From contig NC_091997.1 of assembly GCF_044704955.1 (NCBI RefSeq), positions 64,976,001-65,040,000 on the forward strand: DNA of 64,000 nucleotides. The letters are read 5' to 3'. This document shows positions 37,029-49,574 of this stretch, in pieces. The notes under the pieces were generated by a model. It was given only the letters and a program-made list of their open reading frames with translations. It was not told where the DNA came from and did not search any database. Both the position numbers and the translations under genes were made by a program. This DNA is from Pristiophorus japonicus. Lineage: Eukaryota. Numbering within the stretch: position 1 is the first letter of the stretch; every line of letters starts with the position of its first letter.

Positions 37029-38751
37029 CTAGATCTGCGGACTGCGCCATTTCCACCCCCATGGTGGGCAATGGCAGCCTACTGAGAGCATCGGCGCAGT
37101 TTTCTGTGCCTGGCCTGTGGCGGATGGCGTAGTTGTATGCGGACAACGTGAGTGCCCTTTACTCTCGGAAAACATGGATATAAGTGGCTTATGGTCAGTT
37201 TCCAATTCGAATTTTAGCCCAAACAGGTATTGATGCATTTTCTTTACCCCATAGACACACGCTAACGCTTCTTTTTCAATCATGCTGTAGGCTCTCTCAG
37301 CCTTAGACAGACTCCTGGATGCATAAGCAACCGGTTGCAGTCTCCCGAAATCATTAGCTTGTTGCAATACACACCCGACGTCATATGACGACGCATCACA
37401 TGCTAGTACCAAATGGATCATACAACACAAGCAATTTGTTTGAGCATAACAATTTTCTCGCTTTTACAAAAGCATTTTCTTGGCTTTTTCTCCAAACCCA
37501 TTCGCCCGCTTTTCATAGTAAGACAGGCAGTGGTTGTAGCAGGGTGCTGAGACCCGGTAAGAAGTTACCAAAGTAGTTCAAGAGTCCCAGGAACGACCGC
37601 AGCTCCATCACGTTCTGTGGCCTCGGTGCGTTCTCGATTGCCTCTGTCTTCGCGTTGGTGGGTCTGATGCCGTCCGCCGCAAGCCTCCTTCCCAGGAACT
37701 CCATTTCAGGCGCCAGGAAAACGCACTTCGAGCGTTTTAACCTGAGCCCCACACGGTTGAGTCGACTAAGAACCTCCTCCAGGTTCTGCAGGTGCTCGGC
37801 TGTGATCCGACCTGTGACCAAGATGTCGTCCTGGAAGACCATCGTGCGTGGGACAGACTTCAGTAAACTTTCCATGTTTCTCTGGAATATCGCCGCCGCT
37901 GATCGGATTCCAAACGGGCATCTGTTATAAGCAAAAAGACCTTTGTGCTTGTTGATGCAGGTGAGGGCCTTTGATGATTCCTCCAGTTCCTGCGTCATGT
38001 AGGCTGAAGTCAGATCCAGCTTCGTGAACGTCTTTCCTCTCACCAGCGTTGTAAAGAGGTCATCGGCTTTTGGTAGTGGGTATTGGTCCTGCAGGGAGAA
38101 ATGATTGATAGTTACTTTGTAATCGCCACAGATTCTGACGGTGCCGTCTCCTTTGAGTACTGGGACAATAGGACTGGCCCATTCATTGAACTCGATCGGT
38201 GAAATTATGCCCTCCCTTTGCAGCCAGTCTAGCTCGATCTCTACCCTTTCTCTCATCATGTACGGTACTGCTCTCGCCTTGTGATGGATGGGTCGCGCCC
38301 CCGGAATTAGGTGGATCTGCACTTTTGCTCCTTGGAATTTCCCGATGCCTGGTTCGAACAGCGAAGGAAATTTGTTTAAGACCTGGGTACATGAAGTGTC
38401 GTCAGCGGGCGATAGCGCTCGGACGTCGTCCCAATTCCAGCGTATCTTTCCCAGTCAGCTCCTGCCGAGCAGCGTGGGACCATCGCCCGGTACCACCCAG
38501 AGTGGTAGCTTGTGCACCGCTCCATCGTAGGACACCTTTACGGTCGCACTGCCGATTACAGGAATCAGTTCTTTCGTGTAAGTTCTTAATTTCGTGCGAA
38601 TTGGAGTTAAGACTGGTCTTGAGGCCTTGTTGCACCACAAGCTTTCGAAAGTCTTTTTGCCCATGATGGACTGGCTCGCACCCGTGTCCAGCTCCATTGA
38701 CACCGGGAGTCCATTTCGTTCAACATTCAGCATTATCGGGGGACAATTCAT
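37029..38751 (-). pseudogene. Gypsy protease, RT and RNase H (frameshifted)
   Basis: MELDTGAS; WASPIVPV..VRICGDYK..FQDDILV; LACDASS..YSMIEKEALA..ETDHKPL. Confidence 0.92.
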
Positions 38752-38859
38752 GGTGAATGTGTGTACCCCATGTACCTCTGCTTCCTCTATCTGAGGCTCT
38801 GTTTCATCGTAATCCTCCTCTGCAACGTGGTGGTTTGCAGGTTTAACAGGCTTAGCAGC

Positions 38860-39633
38860 TCACCTGCACACTCGTTGGAGGTGTCCCATTGTTCCACAGC
38901 CCTTGCAAACGTATCCTTTGAATCGGCATGAATGGAAACGATGATCACCCCCGCAGCGCCAACAAGATGTTAATGGCCTTGCATTCATCACCCTTGATGG
39001 TGGACTCTGAGACATCTGTGGACGTGTAGCTGCAGCTATGTGAGACCTGCCCTGTACGTTACAATTCGAAAACAACATCACTTTGTTCACAGTACTTGTA
39101 GCAGCACTTGTGTGCTGAGAGATTTGCTTCGTATTTTCACTGGTGGCAATGAACGCCTGGGCTATCGCTATGGCCTTACTCAAGGTTGGGGTCTCTACAG
39201 TCAAAAGTATGGTTTTGTGGCCAATGCCAAGCACGAAAAAGTCTCTGAGCATGTTCTCCAAATGTCATTCAAATTTGCAATGTCCTGCGAGGCGTCTTAG
39301 CTTGGCGGCATAACTCGCCACTTCCTGGCCTTCAGACCTTTTGTAGGTGTAGAACCGATACCTCGCCATCAGAACGCTTTCCTTCGGGTTCAAATGCTCC
39401 CGGACAAGTGTGCACAAATCGTCGTAAGATTTCTGCGTGGGTTTTGCTGGAGTGAGCAGATTCTTCATGAGGCCATACGTTGGTGCCCCACAGACGGTGA
39501 GGAGGATCGCCCTTCGTTTGGCAGCGCTCTCTTCCCCATCGAGCTCGTTGGCCACAATGTATTGGTTGAGTTGCTCCACAAAAGTTTCCCAATCATCTCC
39601 CTCCGAAAATTTCTCCAGGATACCAGTGGGCAT
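38860..39633 (-). pseudogene. Gypsy gag with two CCHC knuckles (frameshifted)
   Basis: CWRCGGDHRFHSC and CKGCGTMGHLQRVC. Confidence 0.88.
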
Positions 39634-41206
39634 CTTCGGGTTTGCTATCTGTATCTCGTCGCCAGTTGTTGTGTATGGAGAAAGAGTCAGACTGAATACT
39701 GTGAGCTCAAAGTAACGTGTGACCTGAGTCTTTCATTACAGGTCTCCAGAGTGCCTCTCCAACCTGTGAAGCCTTCTTAAATACCTGCGCTCCGAAGGGA
39801 TTATGGGATCCCTTGGGACTCCGGGGAATGAGCCCGCTGTACCGTAAATACAAGTCCACATATATAACATTAACGCCCCACGGGCCACCAGGCTGGCGTA
39901 CATCCGTTCCCGGGGCGCTGTTTAAAAGGGGAGGCCTGCAACTCCCTGGGCTGCCATCTTTGTTGGTCGGCCCGACCATGGCAGCCATCGTGCAACCTGG
40001 CACTCCGTCTTGGGTGCCGGGGCCCGATCGCACACTTCCCTGGGGACCTGGTGGCACGCACCAAAGGGCCATGCAGAGTGCGCAGTGGCCCTGCCCGTTA
40101 ATGGAAGCGGAGGGGCGCTGTAGCGCATCAACGCGACACGGAGCATCTGCGTAATGCTGGACTCAGCGCCGTGCCCCCGCCCCGGGGGCCGCCCCTCAAG
40201 GGAAGCGGAGCGCCAGAGACAGCGCTCCACTTCCTTTGACGGGCACACGGCCCAATTCTGATTTCTAGTGGAGCTGATCCCTCCACCAGCGATGGTGAAA
40301 CTTACCCCCATTCGCTGCTCCATCGCCCCAACTACTGCCTGGCCACCCCCAACATGGATTAGATGGAGTCAAGCTCACTCCACTGGGCGACTGCAGGAAG
40401 AATTTTATTCGTAGATTAAACCCTTCCCTGCACCTAACCTGGGCTAATCTGGGAGACGCGGACATATCGCACTGCCGCGCAGTGACATCTCTCAATTTGA
40501 GTATTAAATTCTGGGATGCATCAATTGATTTCACACACACACATGCACACACGGGTATTCAACCTGCACAACATTTTTATACAGAATGTCAATAATTTAG
40601 TACGAAACCTTCGGCTCATCTCCCCTCCTGATATCTAATCATCTTTGCTGTGCACGTACTTTCCTCAGCTCTTTCAAAACAAACCTTCAGTTCTTTCACT
40701 TGAAGCAACGGATCCCTGTTTTTAACTTAATGAAATTGTCCAAAAATATATCTAATTTTAAAAATAAGATACCTCAGCTCTTTCTGCAGTGATGTTAGTG
40801 TTTGATATATCAAAGGAAACTCGACGCAGGAAGCATGCACAGTTGTGACCTGAAATGCGGCTGCTTATTATTGGTCAAGAGACTAGACAACCACCATCTT
40901 GCTGGAGGCCCTGGGCTTAATTTTGCCCAAAGCCGTTTTTTGGCGTATTGCCAGAGTTACGGCCGTTTTTCTAGGCCAGATCTACTCCAAAAATAAATGT
41001 GCCATGTTTCCCCGCTGTATTTTACAAAATTGGCGACGCGCAGCCTGTCTAGTCACCTCGGAGGGTGGAGCCTGCTGTCCGCACCGAAAAAACAATGTCT
41101 CCCCTTCTGCGCATGCGCAAAAGAAAAAGGACATGTTTGACGTGATTTCAATGGGCGCGCATGCGCAGTACAGCTCCCGCTCTGCGATCGGCCATTTTTA
41201 AAGAGC

Positions 41207-41655
41207 CTCTACCAATCTTTGGCTCCTTTCCCCCCTTTTCCCCCCCCATCACCCACCCCTCCCCCCTCCACATCCACCCTTCCCCCCCAGAGCCTCTTTT
41301 TTTTGTTTATTCGCCTTGTCTCTAATGGCAGCTGGTCATTATACCGACATTCACACCCGATCTTGACCAAAGTTTTTCTAACTCCTGGCATTACTATTTG
41401 AATTTGAGCCATCCTCCCTTTTGTCTCTCTAATCTCTCCTGTCTTCCCCTCTATCACAGACCTTCACTTTGGTTCTTTCTTCCCCTCCCCCTTTCAGTGC
41501 AGGTTAACAATCCGTTCTTTCCGAACATTCTCCAGTTCTGACGAAGGGTCATCGACCCGAAACGTTAACTCTGTTTCTCTTTCCACAGATGCTGCCTGAC
41601 CCGCTGAGATTTCCAGCATTTCCAGATTCCAGCATTCGCGTAATTTTGCTTTTAT
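41207..41655 (+). mobile_element. Penelope-like element terminal region
   Basis: Pyrimidine-rich stretch followed by the hammerhead motif and CACAGATGCTGCCTGACC. Confidence 0.7.
41534..41570 (+). ncRNA. Minimal type-I hammerhead ribozyme motif
   Basis: CTGACGA (41538-44), stem II GGGTC/GACCC, GAAA (41559-62), palindromic AACGTT, UA cleavage site, stem I AGT/ACT. Confidence 0.7.
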
Positions 41656-41825
41656 ATTGGTTCAGTGATGCGAAGCTTGGGTTTCACAAGTCTGTCGACT
41701 GCAAGAAGAAGGGAAGAATTAGCGAGAGAGGTGAGACGTTCCGCAGGTTTGAGGCCCTGGGAGACACTGAGTCAGTGTCAGAGACAGCTGTGATGAATCT
41801 GGATTTTAACACAGCCAGGTTGCAA

Positions 41826-42565
41826 TGAAAGAAAGAAAGATTTGGATTTATATGGCGTCTTTCACAACTACCAGACGTCGCAAAGTGCTATAAAGCCAAC
41901 TAAGTACTTTTGAAGTGTAGTCACTGTTGTAATATGGGAAACGCAGCAGCCAATTTGCGCACAGCAAGCTCCCACAAACAGCAATGTGATTGAAGGATAA
42001 ATATTGGCCACAGGACACCGGGGATAACTCCCCTGCTCTTCTTCGAAATAGTGCCCTGGGATCTTTTACGTCCGCCTGAGAGGGCAGACGGGGCCTCGGT
42101 TTAGCGTCTCATCCAAAAGACAACCCCTCCGACAGTGCAGCTCTTCCTCAGTACTGCCCCTCCGACAGTGCAGCACTCCCTCAGTACTGCCCCTCCGACA
42201 GTGCGGTACTCCCTCAGTCCTGCCCCTCCGACAGTGCGGCGCTCCCTCAGTACTGCCCCTCCGACAGTGCGGCACTCCCTCAGTACTGCCCCTCCGACAG
42301 TGCGGCATTCCCTCAGTACTGCCCCTCTGACAGTGCGGCATTCCCTCAGTACTGCCCCTCCGACAGTGCGGTACTCCCTCAGTCCTGCCCCTCCGACAGT
42401 GCGGCGCTCCCTCAGTACTGCCCCTCCGACAGTGCGGCGCTCCCTCAGTACTGCCCCTCCGACAGTGCGGCATTCCCTCAGTACTGCACTGGAAGTGTCA
42501 GCCTAGATTTCTGCGCTCAAGTCTCTGAAGTGGAACTTGAACTCACTTAGAGGCTACCCACTGAG
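41826..42565 (-). mobile_element. Deu-domain SINE with 11 internal 33-bp units
   Basis: Array ~42128-42487 inside the SINE body. Confidence 0.9.
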
Positions 42566-43954
42566 GCATGGCAAAGAAGAGGAAGAGCGCGTAACATGAC
42601 AAACCTGGAGCTTAGGAAGATGAGTTCAGAGAAACAATGGCTGGGAAATACCTCAGAGCTGTGCCACAGCAGCTTTACCAGAGGCGCGGTGGAAACCCAC
42701 CCAGTGAACCACCAGCAAAGCATGGCGGAGGAGCGGGAGCTCCAAGGGCGGTCCCTGCTGGTCACTGTTGGACTTGCCCCTCCGACAGAGACAAGAAAGG
42801 TTGCAAGAGAGAGAGCGGGGGGGGGCGGAGGTGAAATGGATCTTGGGCGGTTGCACAGACTGTGCTAAAATGAATCAACGGGCAGTTTTACACCCCGCCC
42901 ATTGCCTTCGATGGAAATGACAACCGGATGGAGGATAAACAAGCAGCCAATCCTCTACGGCCCGCTTTACACTGTCCCCCCCAAGACCAGTTTCACCCCC
43001 ATGGAGAGAGCGAGAGAGACAACATATGTACATTGTTTTGTAGCAGTCAATGGGAGATGAGGCCAATAGTGATCCTGGCTGTGATCAGTTAATTCAGCAC
43101 AGCCTGGGCATCAACCCAGGTACCTCCCTGGTCTGTGGAGCACCCTGGGGCATTTTACTACATTAAAGGTGCCATGTAAAAGGTAGTTGTTGTTGCCTGG
43201 CTCAGCGCTGCTCCAGGACATTCAGTATTCATTTTACAAACCTACGGTTGTGTGGGTTTGGAGTGATTCAGCAGCAAATATATTGGTCAGAAGAATACCT
43301 CCAACTAAAGGAATATGGGATAAAAGGAGAGGGGGAAAAAAATCACCAGGCAAGAAAACACCGATATAAACAATGTTGATATCTGTCGGGGAATTCTTAA
43401 CTACTAAAGTACACTCCCACGCTCATTGTCCCCTTGATGGGGCCAGGTCACAGTCTAACTAAACTCATATGAAGTCCAGATTTCGGGCTAATTTCGGATT
43501 CTCTCTCAAGATGTGCCAATAAGTCATGAGTAAATAGAAGCAGTACCGATGCAAATGAACAGGAAACTGACCTGGCCCGAGGTGCAACCTGTACATCGAC
43601 CAATTGCAATGGTATCTTCAGGATAATGCCTGCAGCAACACAGCTATAGGGGCCCAGGAAAAGCACAAAGCTGTCAGTCAGCAGAACCGGTGTAAACCTT
43701 GCAACAATCAAATCCAGTCAACATGCCAATATTATTGACTTTTTCTCCCACCCAGTTACCAGCTAAATTCTTAAATGTATTTCATGCAGAGAAAAGTCCA
43801 CTTACTTCTGACTCTAGGTGGGGTGTAGGGTCCCACAGGCACTCGCCCCCTCCGGTACCTTGCTCAAGTGGGCACCCTTCACAGCTGAGCCCAGACAGGA
43901 CGTAGACAGTTATGGTCAATGACTGTTTCCTGACATGGCGATGTTGCCCACAAT

Positions 43955-44400
43955 CAGCGGGTCGGGCAGCATCTGTGGACAGAGAAACAGAGTTAACATT
44001 TCAGGCCGATGACCCTTTCCTCAGAACTGGGAAAAGTTCGAGATGTGACAGGTTTGTAAGCAAGTGTCGGGGCAGGGAAAGGGGGGGAGGAGAGGGGAGG
44101 ACAGGCGGGAAGCTCTGTGATAGGGTGGAAGGCAGGAGAGATTAAATGACAAAAGGGATGATGATGCGAGGCAAAAGGAGACGGTAATGGGACCAGTAAA
44201 GAAATAAAACATGGGCCTGGAGGAGGTGTAAATGGGAACGGCAGCAACTTCACCAGTTGCCGTCCGAAACAATGGGGGCGGGGTTATGGTCTGAAATTGT
44301 TGAACTCAACGTTGAGTCCAGAGGCTGTAAAGTGCCTCATCGAAAGATGAGGTGCTGTTCCTCGAGCTTACGTTGAGCTTCACTGGAACAGTGTAGAAGT
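43955..44400 (-). mobile_element. Penelope-like element end
   Basis: Reverse-complement homolog of the 41207-41655 terminus; degenerate HHR CTGAGGA...GAAATGTTAAC on the minus strand. Confidence 0.7.
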
Positions 44401-44416
44401 CCTGATCTGCTGGATA

Positions 44417-44787
44417 CAGGTTGAACCTCCTTTATCCGGAACCCTCTGGATCTGACCTGTTCCAAATGAGGGATATTTCCGGATAAGGGAAGATTACGTG
44501 TTTACAATGGTGTGTGGGGGGGGGGGGGGTGAGTGAGGGAGGCACTAATTCAATACTGCAGCAGTCGGGGGGGGGGGGGGGGCGCGGGGGGTGGGAGAGG
44601 GGGGCGGAGGTCGGTGGACTGTTGGGCCCCGAGGTGTTGGCAGGCCGAAGGTGTCGGCTCCAAAGTTGGGTAAATTTATTTTGCACTGATATGTAAATTT
44701 TTCATTGGTTGCATTGTACACATGCAGCACCCGGTGGCTGGGAATGGTTCCGAACGAGGGAGTTACGGATAAGGGAGGTTCAACCTG
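44417..44787. mobile_element. Tc1/mariner-superfamily (pogo/Tigger-like) MITE
   Basis: 22-bp TIRs CAGGTTGAACCTCC[T/C]TTATCCG (1 mismatch); TA TSD at 44415-16 and 44788-89. Confidence 0.9.
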
Positions 44788-45419
44788 TATTTCCAGTATT
44801 TTGTGTTTTTATTTGGCTGCTCACTATCCTGTGACCAACACTGCTAAGTGCATATTTGCAGGTGCCAGGATATTGCAGGGTCAGACTCTGGTGGCCCCTT
44901 CCCCAAGTTGAATCACCAGCACTGCTTCCTATTGCCAAACCACTTAATCTAGTCTTGCCAGTAATTTCAAGACCTTTAACATTTTTTAAAGCCTCACATG
45001 TGGAACTTTATCAAATGCCTTCTTAAAATGCAAATTACAAATCTGAGATACTCTTCATCTGTCAATCTGCTCACCTCTTGAGATGTATCAGTAGAATTGT
45101 CAGGCGATGTCCATCATTTCTAAATGCATGTTGACTGCCCGGTGCTCTTTAGATAGAAATTGATACCATCCTGTAAAATGCTGTTAAGCATGTCCCCCAT
45201 AGGGCTTTGCGCACTGACTCTTCATTCCTCTCAGTTTGTCCCTCGATCTTCAATCCTCTTTGCCTCTTCCTATATACGCGTTGTCTTCATTCTCAATCTC
45301 TTCATTTCTTCCTCCTTCTGTCTCTGTCTCTTCATTCCTTTCCTTATCTCCCTCTGTCTTCATTCACCTTATAGAAAGAAATAAAACTTGCATTTATATA
45401 GCACCTTTCACAGCCTCGG

Positions 45420-45632
45420 TGTTGTGTATGTAACCTTGTATATACCTTGTACAGCCACTAGAAGGCTCATCCTCTGGAGTCCCAAGGGATCCCACAATCC
45501 CTTGGGAGCACAGGTACTTAAGGAGGCCTCACAGGCTGGAGAGGCACTCTGGAGACCTGCAATAAAAGACTACGGTCACACTTTACTTTGAGCTCACAGT
45601 ATCCAGTCAGACTCTTTATTTCATACATAACA
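45420..45632 (+). mobile_element. Solo LTR related to Gypsy family 1, inserted in a Deu-SINE (~45375-45895, minus)
   Basis: TG..CA; AATAAA at 45561; TSD CTCGG/CTCAG. Confidence 0.9.
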
Positions 45633-46462
45633 CTCAGGACTTCTCAAAATGCTTTGCAAGAGTGTAGCAACTGTTCTAATGGAGGGGAAATGTGGCCGCC
45701 AAATTGTGCACGATAAGGTCTCATAAACATCAAAGCGCTAAATGACCAGATAATCAGTTTTTAGTGATGTTGATTGAAGGATAAATATTGTCCAGGACAC
45801 CGGAGAAACCTCCTCTGCTCTTCTTCAAAATAGTGCCGTGGGATCTTTTACAAGATCCTGAGCAAGCAGCGGGATCTCAGTTTAACGTCTCATCTTTTTC
45901 TCTTTGTATTTTTGGTCTTTTTTCTTTGCTACCTGCCCTTTCCTTTCTATTTCGTCTTTCGTTTTATTGTGATTTTTTTCTAGCTCCCGATACTCTCCAG
46001 TTAAATAATAGCTTCTATTTGCCAGGTTTGAGTAAGGTGTTACAAGCCCCATGCTGGTAGAATGGAGCGACTAAAGCAACAGGCAGACAGACCCATGCTG
46101 ATTGTGTGCCAAGCATGAGATTCCACTTGACATATTTCAGATAAAAAATTTTTAAATGATTCTCCCCAGTTCTCTCTACTTGTAGGTTGCCTGCGTCCGT
46201 GCATCAACCTGTAAGCAGCAGGGTGGAACTATTCTGCATCACTTCTCACAGTGAAACTTGGTATTTATGAAGCAGGAAGCGTGGTTCCAGCAGAGCATGT
46301 GTGAACACTCTCATTTTCACCTTTTCTGTGATACAGCACCTCAGTCCCCCACTTAGGGCTTTGACTAATTAGAGAGGTGACACATGTACTTTGACTGGGT
46401 TGCAGAGTTTTTAGCAGGATACCTCGCTTATTCAACCTAAACTCCACATAAGCCATCCTACA

Positions 46463-47100
46463 AAGAAAGAAAGACTAGCATTTCTATAGCACCTTTCACA
46501 ACCTCAGGATGTCCCAAAGCGCTTCACAGCCAATGAAGTACTTTTTGGAGTGTAGTCACTGTTGTAATGCAGGAAACGTGGCAGCCAATTTGCATACAGC
46601 AAGGTTCCACTAACAGCAATGTGATAATGAACAGATAATCTGTTTTATTAAATGATGTTATAAGAACGTAGGAACAGGAGTACGCCATTGGCCCCTCGAG
46701 CCTGCCTGTTTAATATCATGGATGATCTGAACTTGGCCTCAGCTCCACTTCTCTAACTGCTCCCCATAATCCCTGACTCCCTTATCAATCAAAAATCTGT
46801 CTGTCTATCTCCACCTTAAATATATTGAATGTTGGTTGAAGGAAAAATATTGGCCAGGACACCGAGGATACCTCCCCTGCTCTTCTTCAAAATAGTGCCA
46901 CAAGATCTTTTGCCTCCACCTTAGAGAGCAGACGGGGCCTCGGTTTAACGTCTCATCCGAAAGGCAGCACCACCGACAGTGCAGCGCTCCCTCAGTGTTG
47001 CACTGGGAGTGTCAGCCGAGACTTTGTACTCGAGTCTCTGGAGTGGGATTTGAACCCACAACCTTCTGACTCAGAGGCGAGAGTGCTCCCCACTGAGTCA
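46463..47100 (-). mobile_element. Deu-domain SINE containing a CR1 3'-end insert (~46660-46830)
   Basis: Full head, core and tail present. Confidence 0.85.
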
Positions 47101-48000
47101 TGGGTTTTTCTCTTCCCTGCATCCTCACTGTGCAAAGTTCAGGACTCATCGCACTGTCTCCAAGCTTTTGGTCACCTTCCCATATAGTCCATGTGGCTCG
47201 GTATTAACGTTTGTTTGATTACGCTCCTGTGAAGCGCCTGGGCACATTTTACTATGTTAAAAGGCGCTATATAAAGGCAAGTTGTTGTTGCCTCCTACTC
47301 TAACTCATTCTTTCTAGTGCCTCAAAACTGTGATACTCCTTAACTCCCTTGCACAATCCTTCCTCCTCAAATCAAAACCCAAACTAGGCATTACTTAATC
47401 ACTGCTTCTTCATGTATCCTGTCTAAACTGCTACTCCTCTCAACCTTGGTGACCTCTTGCACCACGGACCTTTGTCTTCACCAAGTCTTCTCCAAGTAAA
47501 AAATACACATCAGGCTCAAACTGCCTGGTGAATGGTCCCACTTGCCTCACTGGAAGTCACGTATGCATTTTTAAAACATAATGCATTATTCTTGTTAAGT
47601 ATGGAAGAATTCCACAAGACTGAGTACTGTGAGCTAAAACTGATGTGACCTTAGTCTCTTTAATACAACTCCAGAGTGCCGAAGCAGCCTGGCAGACAAC
47701 CTTTTATACTCCCTTGCACGAGGTGTGCAGGTGACCCTTGGGCCTCCAACAGTTGCGCCCTCTGGTGGCAAGCCTTACACAGTTACAATGTTTACATACA
47801 TAACATCACTCCACCACCCCCCCCCCCCCCCCCAAAAAGTCTTTGATACAAATTATTTACAAGTTGAGACGATCCAGGGCCCTACACTCCCTGGTTGATC
47901 GTCTTGAGTTCAAACTCTGGCCTGGGTGAGTTGGTCGGACCATTGCTGCACTGCGGCCCGGCTGGTCTGACAGGACTGTTGGGAATGGTGGGTTCATCCA

Positions 48001-48184
48001 TGTTATGCATGTAAACCTGTAAATACCATATCTAACCACCAGAGGGCTTATCCCCTGGAGTCCCACAATCCCTTGGGAGCCTCACAGGCTGGAGAGGCAC
48101 TCTGAGATCTGTAATAAAGGACGACAGTCACACCTTACTTTGAGCTTGTAGTATCTAGTCTGACTCCTTATTCAAAACATGACA
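48001..48184 (+). mobile_element. Solo LTR (family-1-like) nested in Gypsy family 2
   Basis: TG..CA, AATAAA, TSD ATCCA/ATCCT; similar to 45420-45632. Confidence 0.85.
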
Positions 48185-48411
48185 ATCCTCTTGATTGACA
48201 GCGAGGTCGATTGCTGGTTGAGTGTGTGTTGGTGGACCAATGATGGTGATGTCCTCGTCAGGTTGTTCCTGGTTGTCGGTGAGCCGCAGTTTGGTCTGAT
48301 CCAAATGCTTTCTGCACGTTTGTCCATTCAATAGTTTGACTATAAACACTCTATTCCCCTCCTTGGCCAAGACAGTGCCAGCGACCCATTTAGGACCATG
48401 ACTGTAATTAA

Positions 48412-48945
48412 ACATAGAAACATAGAAAATAGGTGCAGGAGTAGGCCATTTGGCCCTTCGAGCCTGCACCATCATTCAATAAGATCATGGCTGATCATTC
48501 CCTCAGTACCCCTTTCCTGCTTTCTCTCCATACCCCTTGATCCCTTTAGCCGTAAGGGCCATATCTAACTCCCTCTTGAATATATCCAATGAACTGGCAT
48601 CAACAACTCTCTGCGGCAGGGAATTCCACAGGTTAACAACTCTCTGAGTGAAGAAGTTTCTCCTCATCTCAGTCCTAAATGGCCTACCCCTTATCCTAAG
48701 ACTGTGTCCCCTGGTTCTGGACTTCCCCAACATCGGGAACATTCTACCCGCATCTAACCTGTCCCGTCCCGTCAGAATCTTATATGTTTCTATGAGATCC
48801 CCTCTCATCCTTCTAAACCCCAGTGTATAAAGGCCCAGTTGATCCAGTCTCTCCTCATATGTCAATCCAGTCATCCCGGGAATCAGTCTGGTGAACCTTC
48901 GCTGCACTCCCTCAATAGCAAGAACGTCCTTCCTCAGATAAGGAC
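48412..48945 (-). mobile_element. CR1 3' fragment nested in the Gypsy integrase
   Basis: AATTAA duplicated at 48406-48411 and 48946-48951; removing the insert restores PVFVLN-YSHGPKW. Confidence 0.92.
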
Positions 48946-49574
48946 AATTAAGGACAAACACCGGGTCGTTAACATCAATGTCACGCGATACAGCCGTGCG
49001 ATCGTGGTACACGTTATGCCGGTGACGCCAGGTTTCCACATGATCATTTAGGTCCGGGTGGACTAGGGAGAGCCTGGTTTTGAGTGTTCTCTTCATTAAC
49101 AATTCTGCCGGGGGAACCCCAGTGAGTGAGTGGGGGTGCGTCCGGTAGCTGAGCAGAACCCGAGATAAGCGGGTCGGCAAGGAGCTTTCCGTCACGCGTT
49201 TCAATAGTTTGGACTGCCCATTCTGCTTGACCGTTGGATGCGGGCTTAAACGGGGCAGACCTGACATGCTTGATGCCATTGCGGGTCGTAAACTCGTTGA
49301 ATTCCGAGCTGGTGAAACACGGTCCATTGTCACTGACAAGGACGTTGAGCAAGCCATGGGTGGCGAACATAGCCCCGAGGCTTTCAATGGTGGCAGTGGA
49401 CGTGCTGGACGACATGATTACGCATTCAATCCATTGAGAGTAAAAGTTCACTGCAACTAAAAACATCTTTACGAGAAAGGGGCCGGCAAAATCCTGGACC
49501 GCGGTTTGGAGGGCCATGACCACAGACTCAAATGGAGCCTCCCTTGGTGCATTTGCTCAACTGTGAGCACGTGT

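Larger units (their letters stand above)
35382..39869 (-). mobile_element. Ty3/Gypsy LTR retrotransposon, family 1 (Mag-like), full length, frameshifted
   Basis: LTRs 35382-35593 and 39667-39869 (TG..CA); PBS TGGCGACGAG matching the tRNA-Ser(GCT) 3' end; G-rich PPT at ~35597; TSD TGAAC/TTAAC; order gag-PR-RT-RH-IN. Confidence 0.95.
35176..40262. mobile_element. GC-rich MITE-like host element split by Gypsy family 1 (35176-35381 and 39870-40262)
   Basis: Starts GGGGTGAAATTGG and ends CCCAATTC; sequence is continuous across the TSD. Harbinger-like assignment is only a guess. Confidence 0.45.

Noticed and set aside
48503-49387. 294-aa integrase-CR1 fusion ORF
   Set aside because: Chance in-frame junction from the CR1 insertion (AATTAA TSD) in a frameshifted element.
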